Counted from the whole stretch's first letter, positions 1-13,085 are shown. The stretch is DNA of 63,754 nucleotides, filler included, from Octopus bimaculoides (GCF_001194135.2; 4 parts of 3 records of this genome joined end to end with filler, not necessarily neighbours in it); one strand, 5' to 3'. Made by a program: numbers and translations. Notes: generated from the letters alone by a model not told the origin.

Positions 1-355
1 TCAATACCAGCAGATGACAACGTTTCTCTAAAAGAAATGGAAAAACTTTCAAAATACAAAGACCTGGAAATAGAGATAACTCGAATGTGGAATCTAAAAA
101 CAGAAACAATTCCTATCATAGTAGGTGCCTTAGGTATAATAAAAAAATATTCAGACAAATACATAACAAAAACACCAGGACTTACAAATATATATAACAT
201 ACAGAAAATTGCACTACTGGGTACTGCACACATTCTACGCAAAACACTTTCAATACAGTAAACATAAGAGCACCACAGCAAACCACAGCACATACCCAAG
301 GCGCACAGAGCTGCGCTCGGTAGTGAAGTGAAAGCACGTTATAAAAATAAAACTA

Positions 356-359
<4 letters not shown>
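1..359 (+). mobile_element. 3' end of R4/Dong-type non-LTR retrotransposon (restriction-like endonuclease C-terminus plus 3' UTR), followed by (TAA)n
   Basis: Frame reads SIPADDNVSLKEMEKLSKYKDLEIEITRMW...IPIIVGALG...ALLGTAHILRKTL* (stop at 261). This matches the P-D...K..KY..L...W...PIIVGALG end of R4/Dong RLE ORFs. It ends directly in (TAA)n at about 360. Confidence 0.85.
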
Positions 360-396
<37 letters not shown>

Positions 397-510
397 TAAT
401 AATAATAACAATAACAATAATAATAACAATAATAATAATTACAACAACAGCAACAAGAGAAGCAACATCAATGATACTAGCAACAGCCAGAACACTAACA
501 ATTATAATAA
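360..510. repeat. (AAT)n/(AAC)n microsatellite: tail or target of the Dong-type element
   Basis: Direct reading of the sequence. Confidence 0.9.
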
Positions 511-785
511 TCTTTATTTAATGGGAATAGTTGGGAAGCTGGCATATCTTCCTCTGGACCTTCGACCTCTCAGCTTTGACCTTTTTATCTATTTGAACTT
601 TGGATGACCCCTAGCTTTCAGATTTGAAGTCTTTAAAAAAAAACCCAAAACACCCTGCATAATTTGAGTTTGGTTTGTTTTTGTTGTTGTTGTTCAGTAT
701 AGGGCAGCCTTGCATTAGGAACGCCAGCCCTGATCATCCCATCATATTTGCTAGTTTGATATTTCTAGGACTTCTAGAATACATG

Positions 786-915
786 CGGTCTTAGGTTCAG
801 TACCACTGTATGGTACCTTCGACAAGTGTCATCTATAATAACTCCAGACAGGCCAAAGCCTTACGTGTCGATTTGGTAGATGGAAACTGAAAGAAGCCTA
901 TATATACATCGGTGT
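786..915 (+). mobile_element. Degenerate 5' part of CORE-type tRNA-SINE
   Basis: ggttcagtaccactgtatggtaccttcgacaagtgtc...gatttggtagatggaaactgaaagaagcc aligns by eye to the full copy at 53363-53790. Confidence 0.65.
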
Positions 916-990
916 GTGCATATCTATCTATTTATATGCATATACAGACATAGATACATACATACATACATACATACATACATACATACA

Positions 991-1118
991 TTCCCAACCA
1001 CATGCTTCCGGGTCCACTCCCACAGCGTGGCGCCTTGGGTGAGTATCTTCTGCTATAGCCTCAGGCCGACCAAGGCCTTGTAAGGCATTTGGTAGACAGA
1101 AACTCAAAAGAGCCCATC

Positions 1119-1163
<45 letters not shown>

Positions 1164-1378
1164 TATTTTTTGTGTGTCTGTGTTTGTGCCTCCACCATCA
1201 GTTGATAACCGGTGTTGGTGTGCTTCCATCCTCGTAACTAGGCAGTTCGGGAAAAGGGACCAATATAATAAGTGCTAGGCTTACAAAGAATAGGACCTCG
1301 TGTTGATTTGTTTGACTAAAAGCAGTGCTCCACCATGGCCACAATAAAATGACTAAAACAAATAAAAGAATAAAAGAA
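991..1378 (+). mobile_element. CORE-type tRNA-SINE copy with internal (TA)n expansion
   Basis: Colinear with 53363-53790: CORE-like ggcgccttgggtgagtatcttct, internal (TA)n, and 3' aaatgactaaaacaaataaaagaataaaag. Confidence 0.85.
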
Positions 1379-1571
1379 CATATATACATATATGCAACTG
1401 TATAATGATATATAATAATATTTATTGTCCAGTTTAAAGCGACAATTTTTAAATACAAACAAATGACCGAAAAATGAGTCTTATAGAGTAGCTTTCTCTC
1501 CGCAATTTACAAAGCCTTTTGGGTCATTTAGAAAACCTCTTGGGTTTGTTTATAAATATTATATAATATAG

Positions 1572-1620
<49 letters not shown>

Positions 1621-1627
1621 GTAATAT

Positions 1628-2200
1628 CAGGGATAAAAATCCAAATTTACAGGTAAAAACTCAATTAAATTCGATTTATCAACAATTAAAATTAAATTAA
1701 GTTTCACAGTATATAATATATAAATATATAATTTAGAGAAAGGAACCAAAGTTCATGAACTCATCCATGAAAATTCACAGTCACATATAGAGAAAATTAA
1801 TAAGTAAATACACTAAAATGAACTATAATAAAATACAAAGTAATAATCATTAAATAATAACAATAAAACGACTGTTTTATTATTATTGTATATATAGAGA
1901 TGCAGCACAGAACTTTGTCAGTGAACAGGTCGTGGTCTCAAAGCGACGAAAATATTTTGAAAAATTAAATTTAAATGCTGAAGTGAATCTAACGGTTTTT
2001 GTGCGTTATTTTAAATAGCTTATAAACACCTTCCATGCTGCAATTTATTATTATTATTATTATTATTTAATGATTTTTACTTCGTATTTTAGTATACTTA
2101 TTTATCGTGTATTTACTTATTAATTTTTTTCTATATGTGAGTGTGGATTTTGATGGATGAGTTCCTAAACTTTGGTTCTTTTCTCTAAATTATATATATA
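1628..2200. mobile_element. Foldback element with inverted arms at about 1724-1870 and 2045-2200, probably Penelope-pLTR derived
   Basis: Left arm atatataatttagagaaaggaaccaaagttcatgaactcatccatgaaaattcacagtcacatatagag... is the near reverse complement of ...ctatatgtgagtgtggattttgatggatgagttcctaaactttggttcttttctctaaattatatat. The spacer holds a degenerate hammerhead fold. The Penelope origin is inferred. Confidence 0.6.
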
Positions 2201-2202
2201 TG

Positions 2203-2630
2203 CAAGGTGTTTCAAAAAATTTGATATCATTTCGCAATCTAATAACTTTGCCAGTTCATGTTCAAATGACTTCAAATTTTAACAGCATGTGTAGAAACAG
2301 ATCAAAATTTTACATTTGATGTGTCAATCTTTGCAGGTATAGAAATGGTATTCACTGGAAGAGAAATGGCGTTTTGCGTGTGAGTATGCTCGAAAACAGT
2401 TGAACAAGACTGTGCAGCGTGCATGAGAGAGTTCTCTGAAAAGTCAACAATGACAATGCGGATTTGGACATGGCACAACAAATTCAAAGAGGAAGGCTGT
2501 CTGAGCAGGGAAAAAGAATCTGGACGACACTAACATCAGAAGAGACAGTTGGACGGGTTCGCCAAAAACTCATGTGAAGCCCTAAGATGTCCATAAAAGG
2601 AACAAGTCTGGAAACCTAGATTCCTCACAG
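2203..2630 (+). mobile_element. 5' part of a Tc1/mariner-superfamily transposon with DUF4817-type HTH transposase pseudogene
   Basis: TIR-like caaggtgtttcaaaaaa after a TA run. From ATG 2345, frameshifted reading gives MVFTGREMAFCV/EYARKQLNKTVQRA/IWTWHNKFKEEGCL...SEETVGRVRQKL. Confidence 0.75.
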
Positions 2631-2639
2631 ATTCCTCTC

Positions 2640-3150
2640 ACACTGTCTAACATAACAATCACTGTCACAACTACAATTACTATAACATCAACTATCACTA
2701 CCAGCAGCACCACCATGAAAACCACTGCAACACTGGCCAACACCATCACCACCACCACCAACAACAACACAAGAACTACGATTACTGTAAAACAGCCATC
2801 ACAACCAACTACACTTACCAAACCCACAACGACCTCCACTGGCATACCAGCCATCAGAACCACCACCACAATTGCAACTTTCGCAACTATCGCCACCACC
2901 ACCACCACCACCACCACCACCACCACAACCACAAAAACAACAACAACAACAACCCTTGCAAGAACTACTGTCAAAAGTGAAATTTAACAAAAATTCTCAT
3001 GCCACAAAACCAATGACTGAAATGGTTATCAAAGAATTATAGTTTAGTAAAAGACTGGAAAGTCAAATTTGGAAAGTCTTTGGTAATGAATTTAGTCATC
3101 AGTCATCCATGTCTGACCTGAGGATATACAACACAACAACACCAACAACA

Positions 3151-3217
<67 letters not shown>

Positions 3218-3222
3218 TCATC
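2640..3222. repeat. Compound (ACC)/(AAC)/(ACT) microsatellite region
   Basis: Direct reading; explains the poly-T, poly-V and poly-S ORFs. Confidence 0.9.
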
Positions 3223-4158
3223 ATATGACAACTCTGACAGAAGCCAATGGAAGTTCTTGCAGGTGGTCACCCAAAATATTTGAAATATCCACTGTACTCT
3301 CAAATCTTATATAAGAATAAGACAAGTCAGATAATGACCACAATCCGAGGAATCCTTAAAACGGTAGGGTGGTCATGGTAAGAATGTCATTAATGTTTTT
3401 ACTTTTTTTTTCAGGACTGGCTGTCAATAAACGACGGGAACATGTGCAGCCTTCACCATCTTAGTAGTTAACTAAGATAGCTGAAATCTAGTCTATCAGT
3501 AGCAAAAAACACCACCTTCATTATTTCCCAACTCCACTGATATTAGCACAATCTAACAACATTTAGCAACAATGGTAAAAACATCAAAAGCTGGGGAAAC
3601 ATTTACTTGCAGGCATTCCATTATCTCCTGTGAGCGATTCATTAAGTTTTCAAGTAGGCGAAGTTGCTGAAAGTAGCAATGAGCTGAATAACCTTCTCCA
3701 AGACCTGCAGTTAGTGTTTGGTTTGAAAGGTCAAAAAGTAGCAATCGATGTTCATTCTTCTATAGTGTCAGATTATTAAAAGTGAGGAAGAAAAATCAGA
3801 ATTTCAATGATTACATTTCAATGTGAAACATTAAAATGTACATTATTTCTAGAAAGTAACGCCAATCGAAACAGTAGCGGGGATGCGATTCTGTTTTCTG
3901 AGTACATTGCAGAAAACCAAATTTTGAAAGTAATGATTTCCTATTGTGGTGCTACCTTTCTTGAGCACTTCTGATTTAATGAGCCGATGAAGAGAGCGGG
4001 CACTGGAGGTTTCTAAATCTGCTAAAAATAGAAGTCAAATCATGCTTAACTCACACAATTATATGTTTAAAATAATTCATATATATAATAATGTTGTTTA
4101 GAATTTATCTGTCTGTTTTTAGGGAGTAAAATAATGGATGGCCCAGCTGAGGCTCTAT

Positions 4159-4792
4159 TAGGGGTTCTCAACTATTATATACTTATGGACCCCTTTGATT
4201 CCTAGTTTAATTGGATGGACCCTACTAGCCATCTGGTGTTTAAAAATCATATTTTTGTAATTAAATATTATTAGGAACTTTATCTTCTAACAAAGAACTA
4301 TTTGCTCACATGCATTAGCCTACAGCCTCTCCTCCTCATAGCAATCTATCACATGTGCTAGTATGGACATGTCCTCCGCTTCCCACTAGATCATCTTCCC
4401 ATGACTTTACTCTTATTCAAAGCAGCAGCTGCAGGCTGCAAGAGACCTTGTTGCTGGCCCCACACTAAATGGCTGGGTGTGATTGGGGAAGATCCCCAGA
4501 GGCTCAACGTCACCTTGGAGGATGCAGAGGGGCTGGTATGGGATTGCAAGGAATGAAGAGGACTGGTGGACCTGGTCAGCTCTGTACATGATGACATTTC
4601 TGGGACCACTAATATGAGATGACCCCAGCCTCATCAAGCAAGAGCATGAAATATGCAAGGAAATGTCTTTAAAAAATCGTAAACATATTTTGTGTATTTT
4701 AGAAGCATAAGCAATTTATTGCAGATAAATTTTAACAACAAAATTGTATATGGACCCCCAAGGGCCATATAGATGCCCTTTAAGAACCACTA
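4159..4792. mobile_element. hAT/Charlie-like MITE interrupted by a LINE fragment
   Basis: Left end taggggttctcaac and right end taagaaccacta resemble CAGTGGTTCTCAA-type TIRs; subterminal ggaccc motifs as in the MITE at 63374. No clear TSD. Confidence 0.6.
4340..4620 (+). mobile_element. RTE-clade LINE ORF2 C-terminal fragment
   Basis: YGHVLRFPLDHLP...GCKRPCCWPHTKWLGVIGEDPQRLNVTLEDAEGL resembles the RTE GHVxR...KRPxGRPxxxW..DL tail. Confidence 0.7.
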
Positions 4793-5889
4793 CTCTCCAT
4801 AGTTGTTTCAGCTGTTAGGCATAGCAGCAAAAGTCTCCAACGAACTAAGAATCCATCTTAAAAATAGCAATTGTTAATAAAGTTTCCTTGGCACAATCAT
4901 GTAGTCGTAAAGAGCCATTGACAGAGCTTCTAAATGGCCATTACAATCCTGAAAGCAAAAAGACATGTTAGATAACAGAGTTGTAGATGCACCCTGTGTG
5001 AAGAAAATAGAACAATACAACATGGTGATGATCTCAGTATAAGTAACATCAACAACAACACACCTGATGTAGTTCTGTCCTCCTATAGAAGTTATGTAAA
5101 TTTTTGATGCTTTTCCGATCCGGAGGACACAAGAATGAAATTGATAGATACTTTAAGGATGGTTATTAAGCTCCTTCCGGAAAATATGAACATCACTTCT
5201 GTGGTGAGGTAAAACATCACAGTAGATTATGAGTAATATTTCAATAATTGCTGTAAATAAGGGAGACAAATCTGGACATGCTTCAGTCTTATTAGGTTTC
5301 TTCATTGATGCATAAATTAACTACATTTTCCTAAGTAATATTGAGGAGATCCATCTATAGAAGTAGGAGATTATACCTAAGGGAAAATGAAAAAGGAAAA
5401 GAAAAAGAAAAAAAGAAATACGAAGTCATAAGCATGAGCTAATTTTCTTCGTCTGCACCTGTTTAATATTTTATATTTATTAAGAAATACTTCCCTTGCT
5501 TCTTTCACTATTATAATTGAGTCCATGATGCACTAATGTGGTTTAATAAGATTGAAACATGTCAGGAATTATTTTGTTTTTCTGCCACAAAGATAATATT
5601 TCTCCTAATACTATTTCTCTGCTGCTTTTTCCTACATAAGAAATTCTAGTTAGATTTTCAACGTTCAATTCATTATGTTAACATTAATTTAATTATAGTA
5701 ATTAGGTTGTCTGAGATATATAAATGATGCAGTGTTGGTTGGTCATGACAGACAAAGAACAATACTGGCGACATAATACAACCCGATGGCAATTTCTCTG
5801 TGTTGTCCGATTCCCTATTGATTTGGCTGTCCAGGATATGTGCAATTAGCAGAAAACTTCCAAAAAACAAAAAACAAAATACCAATAAT

Positions 5890-6203
5890 GATGATGCTCA
5901 TGATGATGATGATGCCGCTAATGATGATGATGATGATGATGACGAGGAAGATGATGATGATGATAATGATGGTGGTGGTGGTGGTGGTGGTGGTGGTGAT
6001 GGTGATGATGATGATAATGACAATGACGATGATAATGATGATGATGCTGATGATGATGGCAATGACACTGATGATGATCTGATGATGATGACGCTGACAA
6101 CGATGACGACGATGATGAATATGATGATGATGATGATGATGACAATAATGATAGTGTTAACGATGATAGGAAGAAAGAGAGGGTAATATCAATGGTTATG
6201 GCA

Positions 6204-6257
<54 letters not shown>

Positions 6258-6510
6258 TTAATAGAGATCATGATGACTATGACGACAATAGTGCTGATGA
6301 AGGTTAAGGGGGCAACTATTTATGATGATGATGATGATGATGATGCTGATGACTAACTGCAAGCAAAAGCAAAAGCAACTTCTGCTGATGTTACAAAAAA
6401 AAAAAATGCAATGAGAACAGCAACAACAACTACAACAAAACCGGCACGAGCAGCAGCAGCAGCAGCGGCAGCAGCAACAGCAACAGCAACAGCGGCATCA
6501 ACAACATCAA
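5890..6510. repeat. Compound (GAT)/(GGT)/(GCA) trinucleotide microsatellite cluster
   Basis: Direct reading. Confidence 0.9.
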
Positions 6511-6699
6511 GTGTAAAGAAATTTTGTACAGCAAAATAAATAAGTAAAATAAAACTACAAAAAAGAATGAGCAAAAAAAAAAAACAGAGTTCCTACTAAT
6601 GGAGAGATTTCATTGGTTGTAAAACACTTGTGAATTCTAATTATATTATATCAAGTGAAATATAAAAGACAACAATATGTGTTGTCTTTTATACACACA

Positions 6700-7068
6700 C
6701 ACTTGCACACACACAGAGTTACACTCACACAGAGTTACACTCACACAGAGTTACACTCACACAGAGTTACACTCACACACACACACACGCAGCTACGCTC
6801 ACACACACAGTTACACTTACACACAGAGATTTACACTCACACACACACAGATGTACTCTCACACACACACAGTTGCACTCACACACACAGTTACACTCAC
6901 ACATACAGAGTTACACTCATATACACAGTTACACTCACACTCACACAGAGTTACACTCTCACACACAGTTACACTCACACACACACAGTTACATTCACAC
7001 CTACACAGAGTTGCACTCTCACGCACAGTTACACTCACACACACAGAGTTACACTCTCACACACACAA

Positions 7069-7099
<31 letters not shown>

Positions 7100-7170
7100 A
7101 TTAAACTCACACACACACACACACAAAGTCACACTCACACACACACACATACATACACACACACACAATC
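6700..7170. repeat. CA-rich minisatellite with variable unit based on cacacagagttacact
   Basis: More than 15 recurrences of agttacact(c) separated by variable (CA)n. Confidence 0.85.
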
Positions 7171-7927
7171 TCACATGTACAAACACAGAAATTCGCTTAT
7201 ACAAATCAGAACGGATGATATCTCTCTATAAATTCTCCCTTATTCTTTGTTTTTCCACTCTCCTTCTCTCTCTTCCCCACACTCTCTCTTCCTCTCAACT
7301 ACTCTCCTTTATTTCTCTTTTCTCTTTCATGTTATTTATTTTATTTATTTATTTATTATTNNNNNNNNNNNNNNNNNNNNNNNNNNNNNNNNNNNNNNNN
7401 NNNNNNNNNNNNNNNNNNNNNNNNNNNNNNNNNNNNNNNNNNNNNNNNNNNNNNNNNNNNNNNNNNNNNNNNNNNNNNNNNNNNNNNNNNNNNNNNNNNN
7501 NNNNNNNNNNNNNNNNNNNNNNNNNNNNNNNNNNNNNNNNNNNNNNNNNNNNNNNNNNNNNNNNNNNNNNNNNNNNNNNNNNNNNNNNNNNNNNNNNNNN
7601 NNNNNNNNNNNNNNNNTACATGATTGTTAGTTTCACTTATTTGCTGCAAAGAAAACATTAAAAAAAACCCAAAAACAGAAAAATAATAAATAAATAAATA
7701 ACTAAATAAAAAAAAAAAATAAAAAAAAAATTTAAAACTACCAAGGGTAAAAAAAAATAAACAATATATATATAGTATCGCCTATTCGGGAATCAAGTTA
7801 CTTCTAAATTATTAACTCAAATTAAAAACTAAATAACTTATCTGTGACTTAGTCCATTTATTTTCTTTGCTTTATTTATTTATTTCAATATATTGTGATT
7901 AGTTTTTGTTGTTATTGCTGTAACTCC

Positions 7928-7988
<61 letters not shown>

Positions 7989-8441
7989 ATTGCTGTTTTT
8001 GTTGTTGTCTCTTAACCGTTTTCCAATAATCTCTATATTGTCTTTTATCGGTAAAGATTTTTAGCAGAATCTAATTCTTTACGCTGTTTTTCTATTCTTT
8101 CTTTTTTCTTTTTATTTTTTGGATTTTTTTGTTTTGCCTTTTAGTATTTTTACGACACGCTTTGATTTATTTACAATTTAGGAAGGTGTAAGAAGAAATC
8201 AATAGATAAATAAAGGAATAAATCAATCGATAAACAGGAAAAAGGAAAAACCCTAAAAATAACTGATGACAAATAATGAATGAATAAATATGTATTAAAA
8301 TTACCAATAATTACAAAGGGGAAAACATTCATTATGAGACAGCTTCGAAACCTCAAAATGCACAACTAAGCGAAATCCTTAAATATATATACATATATAG
8401 ATATACATGTTCATACATACATACATACACCCACACACACA

Positions 8442-8497
<56 letters not shown>

Positions 8498-9488
8498 NNN
8501 NNNNNNNNNNNNNNNNNNNNNNNNNNNNNNNNNNNNNNNNNNNNNNNNNNNNNNNNNNNNNNNNNNNNNNNNNNNNNNNNNNNNNNNNNNNNNNNNNNNN
8601 NNNNNNNNNNNNNNNNNNNNNNNNNNNNNNNNNNNNNNNNNNNNNNNNNNNNNNNNNNNNNNNNNNNNNNNNNNNNNNNNNNNNNNNNNNNNNNNNNNNN
8701 NNNNNNNNNNNNNNNNNNNNNNNNNNNNNNNNNNNNNNNNNNNNNNNNNNNNNNNNNNNNNNNNNNNNNNNNNNNNNNNNNNNNNNNNNNNNNNNNNNNN
8801 NNNNNNNNNNNNNNNNNNNNNNNNNNNNNNNNNNNNNNNNNNNTATATATATACACACATTATATATATATAAACACACATACATGCATACATACATGCA
8901 TGCACACATACACACACTCATACACACAAGTATAGGACAGGAAATACCTGCACTGTTTTAAAATGAAAAGAACACAGTAATTTCACTCTGTAAGTTGATT
9001 ATCTTAAATTAAATTGTGAAACCGCCTTCTATTAATCTTAATTCCTCAATGCAGTCTATCTGCTTATCAAGCTAGGCTTTGTATAATGATGCATACAAAG
9101 GAAGTGTTTCACTGCTTAACTTGATAAACGTATCACTGTTGATTGCTATCATTTCTTAACAGACTGACATCGTAACTAGCTTGACTTTTCAAATGTAATC
9201 CATGCATAACATAGCACGACAGAGCATAAAAGGTAAACTACGTTTAAAATATTAAATAATGGTATTTTAGGTTTATTGTTGACAGAGAGATTGAGAAGAA
9301 TAAAGAGAAGGAAGTAAGATACAATTGATAATAAAGGAGTAAGTAAAAGAAAAAGAGAGAACATAGTGCAATCCCAATTACAGGCACAAAAGAATCTCAG
9401 ATTCGGTCACCCAACCATCACACACACACACAGAGATACGTGCATGCATGTACACATGCATACATTCATGAATATGGAAGCATATGTG

Positions 9489-9521
<33 letters not shown>

Positions 9522-9580
9522 ACACACACACGCACGCACACACACACNNNNNNNNNNCACACACACACTCACACACACAC

Positions 9581-9618
<38 letters not shown>

Positions 9619-9748
9619 TTATATGTATTTATTGTCAGCAAATAATAAATCCGAAAGAGAAGCATACTCTAGGTTATAGAGCAGTTGTGTAATTAGATAC
9701 AAATTGTTATCACTGGCCTATGGGGTTACCCTGCGTTTCCTGTCCATA

Positions 9749-9874
9749 AAGACTCCTGATGAAGGCTTGGTGGTATATCAGCCGAAACGTTGTGTTAAAA
9801 CCAAACAAGATGAGGACAAATATTCGTCAATTGTAAATAATGTACATAATTCCTCATCTCTTAAATACAGAACT
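9749..9874 (+). mobile_element. Isolated 3' tail of the hammerhead-bearing SINE
   Basis: Closely matches 29607-29733: CTGATGA (9756-9762), ggct..cagcc, GAAACGTT, gtgtt, ...cctcatctcttaaatacagaact. Confidence 0.8.
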
Positions 9875-10338
9875 ATATTCTATAATCTTTATTCTGTAAT
9901 CTGACAAATTATTTTGCAGTTCTACATAAAATTTTGTATATGATGACTACATCTGTGTCGGGCACCGTAGATTGGTAACCTCATTAAATCATTGTGGAGA
10001 AATTTTCTGTGATATTTGTTTCTATCTCATTTTGTTCTGATTCCAATTACCACCAAACTGAACTTTAAGTTTCTACCTTTCGGGATTGATAGATTAGTAG
10101 TCTAGTAGTGGTACGATGGTATCGACTCATACCTTTTCTTAACATATGCTGAACTTGTGCTTAAATAAATAACATTATTGCATCATTTCCAACCATTTTA
10201 CCAATGAACAATTTTTCTTGTCCCGAGTGTTCCTTTTTAGAATATCTTATATTACATAAGAAATATCAACACAACTATTTTAATGCCATAATATATTCTA
10301 TATATATTGTGTTTGGCATTTTTATTTCTTGTATCTTG

Positions 10339-10417
<79 letters not shown>

Positions 10418-11092
10418 ACACACATATATATATCTATATACAAGAAGTAAAAAATACCAAATACAATATAAAGAATATATTATGGCGTTAAAATAGTTGT
10501 GTTGATATTTATTGTGTGTGGGGAGAGTGCTTATTTTATTTTTATTTCTATTTCTTAAAATTATAGCCCAGCATGAAACAGGAAATATTTGCCTATATTT
10601 GAAAGTTCTTTTGAAACCAGAATCTTCTTATTGTTTGCCGATCACTTAGTTTTTAAATAGTTTTGAAAGTTGCCCTAACGTAATATCTCTTTAATGGACA
10701 ATGTGATATTTTATAAATTTCAGTCTTTGCTTCAATAGAATACTCTACTTTCTTTAGTGTAATCAGCTAATACATGAATGGCTCCCCACCCCACTTACAC
10801 AAATAGACAAACTGACAGACAAGCAGACACACACGCGAGAGTGAGGCTGTCTGTAAAACAGAGTAAGCATATGCAGGATTATGTGTAAGTGTATATTAGT
10901 ATGCATGAGTGTACGTGGGTATGCATATAATATGTGCATGTGTGTGTGTGAGTGTGTATGTATGGTCCAATCTATGTTGGTTTCTTTTCAGAGCATTGTC
11001 TGGTTTAAAAAGCCACATCAGAAGCCATGATGGTGCTGAGGTGTAGGTACAGGAAGTGGTCAAACTCTGCATAAGAAGTAGAGAACTACCAG

Positions 11093-11151
<59 letters not shown>

Positions 11152-11432
11152 CATATATGTATAAGTATGTATGTTTTGCGAGTGTGATACCAAGGCTGTT
11201 TAGATTTTCAAGTGATATTTTGAGGACAATGCAGAGTTATCACATAGAAAGAAGATGACAATGTGTTTTCTGGAGTAGTCTAACACTGATATAAAAAAAA
11301 GCCGTGTATTTCCGTCCGGGACCTTACCGCTGATTTGGTTTCGTTTATAGTGTTATAATCGCTGCTGCAGTTTCCTCAGGAATACATGGGCCAGTAGTAG
11401 AAAATCGATCGGACAACCGGCTCTAAAAAAAG

Positions 11433-11590
11433 AACGATGTAGACTGTGCTGATGATTTACCCTTGCTCTATAACACAATATCAAACACCACCCAATTATT
11501 TCATAGTCTATAATTTTCTGCACAGGATGCTAGACTGCTTGTTAATCCTAATAAAACCAAATTCGTTCTTCACAATCAGCAAGAATCCAT
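11433..11590 (+). mobile_element. Decayed non-LTR reverse transcriptase fragment (YADD region)
   Basis: NDVDCADDLPLLYNTISNTTQLFHSL*FSAQDARLLVNPNKTKF resembles DLDYADDxxLL...A...GL.IN..KT. Confidence 0.65.
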
Positions 11591-11764
11591 GCAGGGATTA
11601 GACAAGATAACGGAAACGCCTTCCAATTTCAAACAAATTTATTGTAATATGGAGTAGGACTGTCTTTGGTAGTAATTACAGCTTGAATTCTACGAGGTAT
11701 GGACTCGTATAAATTTTGAATTGTTTCCAAAGAAATTTTTGTCCATTCTTCAGCTAAAACAGAA

Positions 11765-12300
11765 TCCAGTTCTTGTTGTGATGATGGTGGAGGATATCAA
11801 CTCCTTACCTGCTTTTTTAAAATACACCATAAATGTTCAATGATATTGAGATCTGGTGACAGTGGTGGCCAGATAAGATGTTCAACTTCACTAGAATGTT
11901 CCTCGCGCCATTCAGTAACAACTTTAGCTGTGTGAGTTGGTGCATTATCATCCTGGAAGATTACGTTTCCCTCCGGAAACAGTTCCGCAACCATAGGATG
12001 AATTTGATCAGATAAAATGCTTAAATAGTCTTGACTATTAGTTCTGCCATGAAGGAAAAGTACTGGACCGGCGGATTTCCAAGATATGGCCCCAACAGAT
12101 CAACACAGATCCTCCTCCGTGTTTTAACCGTTGGAAGAAGGCAGTCTGGGTCAAATGATTCTTTTGGCTGTCTCCACATGTATAGTCGGCCGGTGGTCGG
12201 AAATGAGGTAAAGGATGACTCGTTCGAGAAAATAATACTTTTCCACTGCGCTAAGGACCAATTCTGTAGGTTTTTACTCCACTCTAAACTTTCTGTAGCG
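11765..12300 (-). mobile_element. Tc1-family DDE transposase pseudogene fragment
   Basis: IIFSNESSF...WRQPKESFDPDCLLPTVK/HGGGSV ... IFQDDNAPTH ... WPPLSPDLNIIEHLW; frameshifted. Confidence 0.9.
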
Positions 12301-13021
12301 TCGTTATGCTATAAAACATGAATAGTCACCAATTTAGGAAAAGTTATATAATGTCCTCAATATCGGTGCAAAACATACTTTCTGTAGCATAATTATGCCA
12401 TAAAAAATGGAAAGTCACTAATTTAGCAAAAGTTACTATGCGTCACCAATATAACAAAGTACAGAAAGTCAACATTTATTTGGAACATGTACTAAATGTT
12501 TTAAAATTCACGATTGAATATCACGGTAAAGAAAGTGAAAGTCCAAGAAAATTCAGAAGGCATAGTTCAATTTTTCATGCAAAAATAATTTATTTTACAA
12601 TTTTGAAACGAACGTTGAACCAAATGCGTAGAAAGGAAGATGCTGTTATTGTGAACATTAATTTAAAATATTTACTGAAGGATGCATGTAGCAAGATATA
12701 AATTAATTTGACATTGCTGCATATTTTTTAACTGTGTAACGTTATATGCTGTATAATAAGCACTGACTAACGCAATAAAAAGGTTTGCGACGTTGATACT
12801 CACAGTGACGAAGAAGCTTGAGAGGACTGTTAAATATTATCTTGAAACTGGTTAGAAGGAGTGGAATAACATTTCCGTAATTATACTGAAAGAACAGCTA
12901 ATGCTTTCTACTTCGACAAGTTTGCGCATTTGTTATAATAACCAGAATAACATTTTTTTCAGATATATTTGCGAGTATTGTGTGTGGTTTTAAATCAGCC
13001 AAATTTTCATCCTTGTAGTAC

Positions 13022-13085
13022 TTGAAAGTGAAAGCTGTTGAAAATGAAAGCTGTTGAAAGTGAAAGCTGTTGAAAGTGAAATCTG
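13022..13085. repeat. 16-bp tandem repeat x4 (ttgaaagtgaaagctg)
   Basis: Units start at 13022, 13038, 13054 and 13070 with at most one mismatch each. Confidence 0.95.

Noticed and set aside
2582-2990. Thr-rich mucin-like ORF (2715-2987) and its antisense ORFs
   Set aside because: (ACC)/(AAC) repeats; no splice context or non-repetitive domain.
3415-3573. Strong acceptor at 3414 with possible donor at 3573; similar isolated signals at 27185-27268, 44302, 47150 and 48316-48536
   Set aside because: Stops in all usable frames or no joinable partner; cannot be supported without RNA data.
5800-6271. Poly-D, poly-M and poly-H ORFs
   Set aside because: (GAT)n microsatellite translation.
6655-7231. 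His/Thr-rich ORFs with regular repeat units; also considered as a CRISPR-like array
   Set aside because: CA-rich minisatellite with no unique spacers, in a eukaryotic context.
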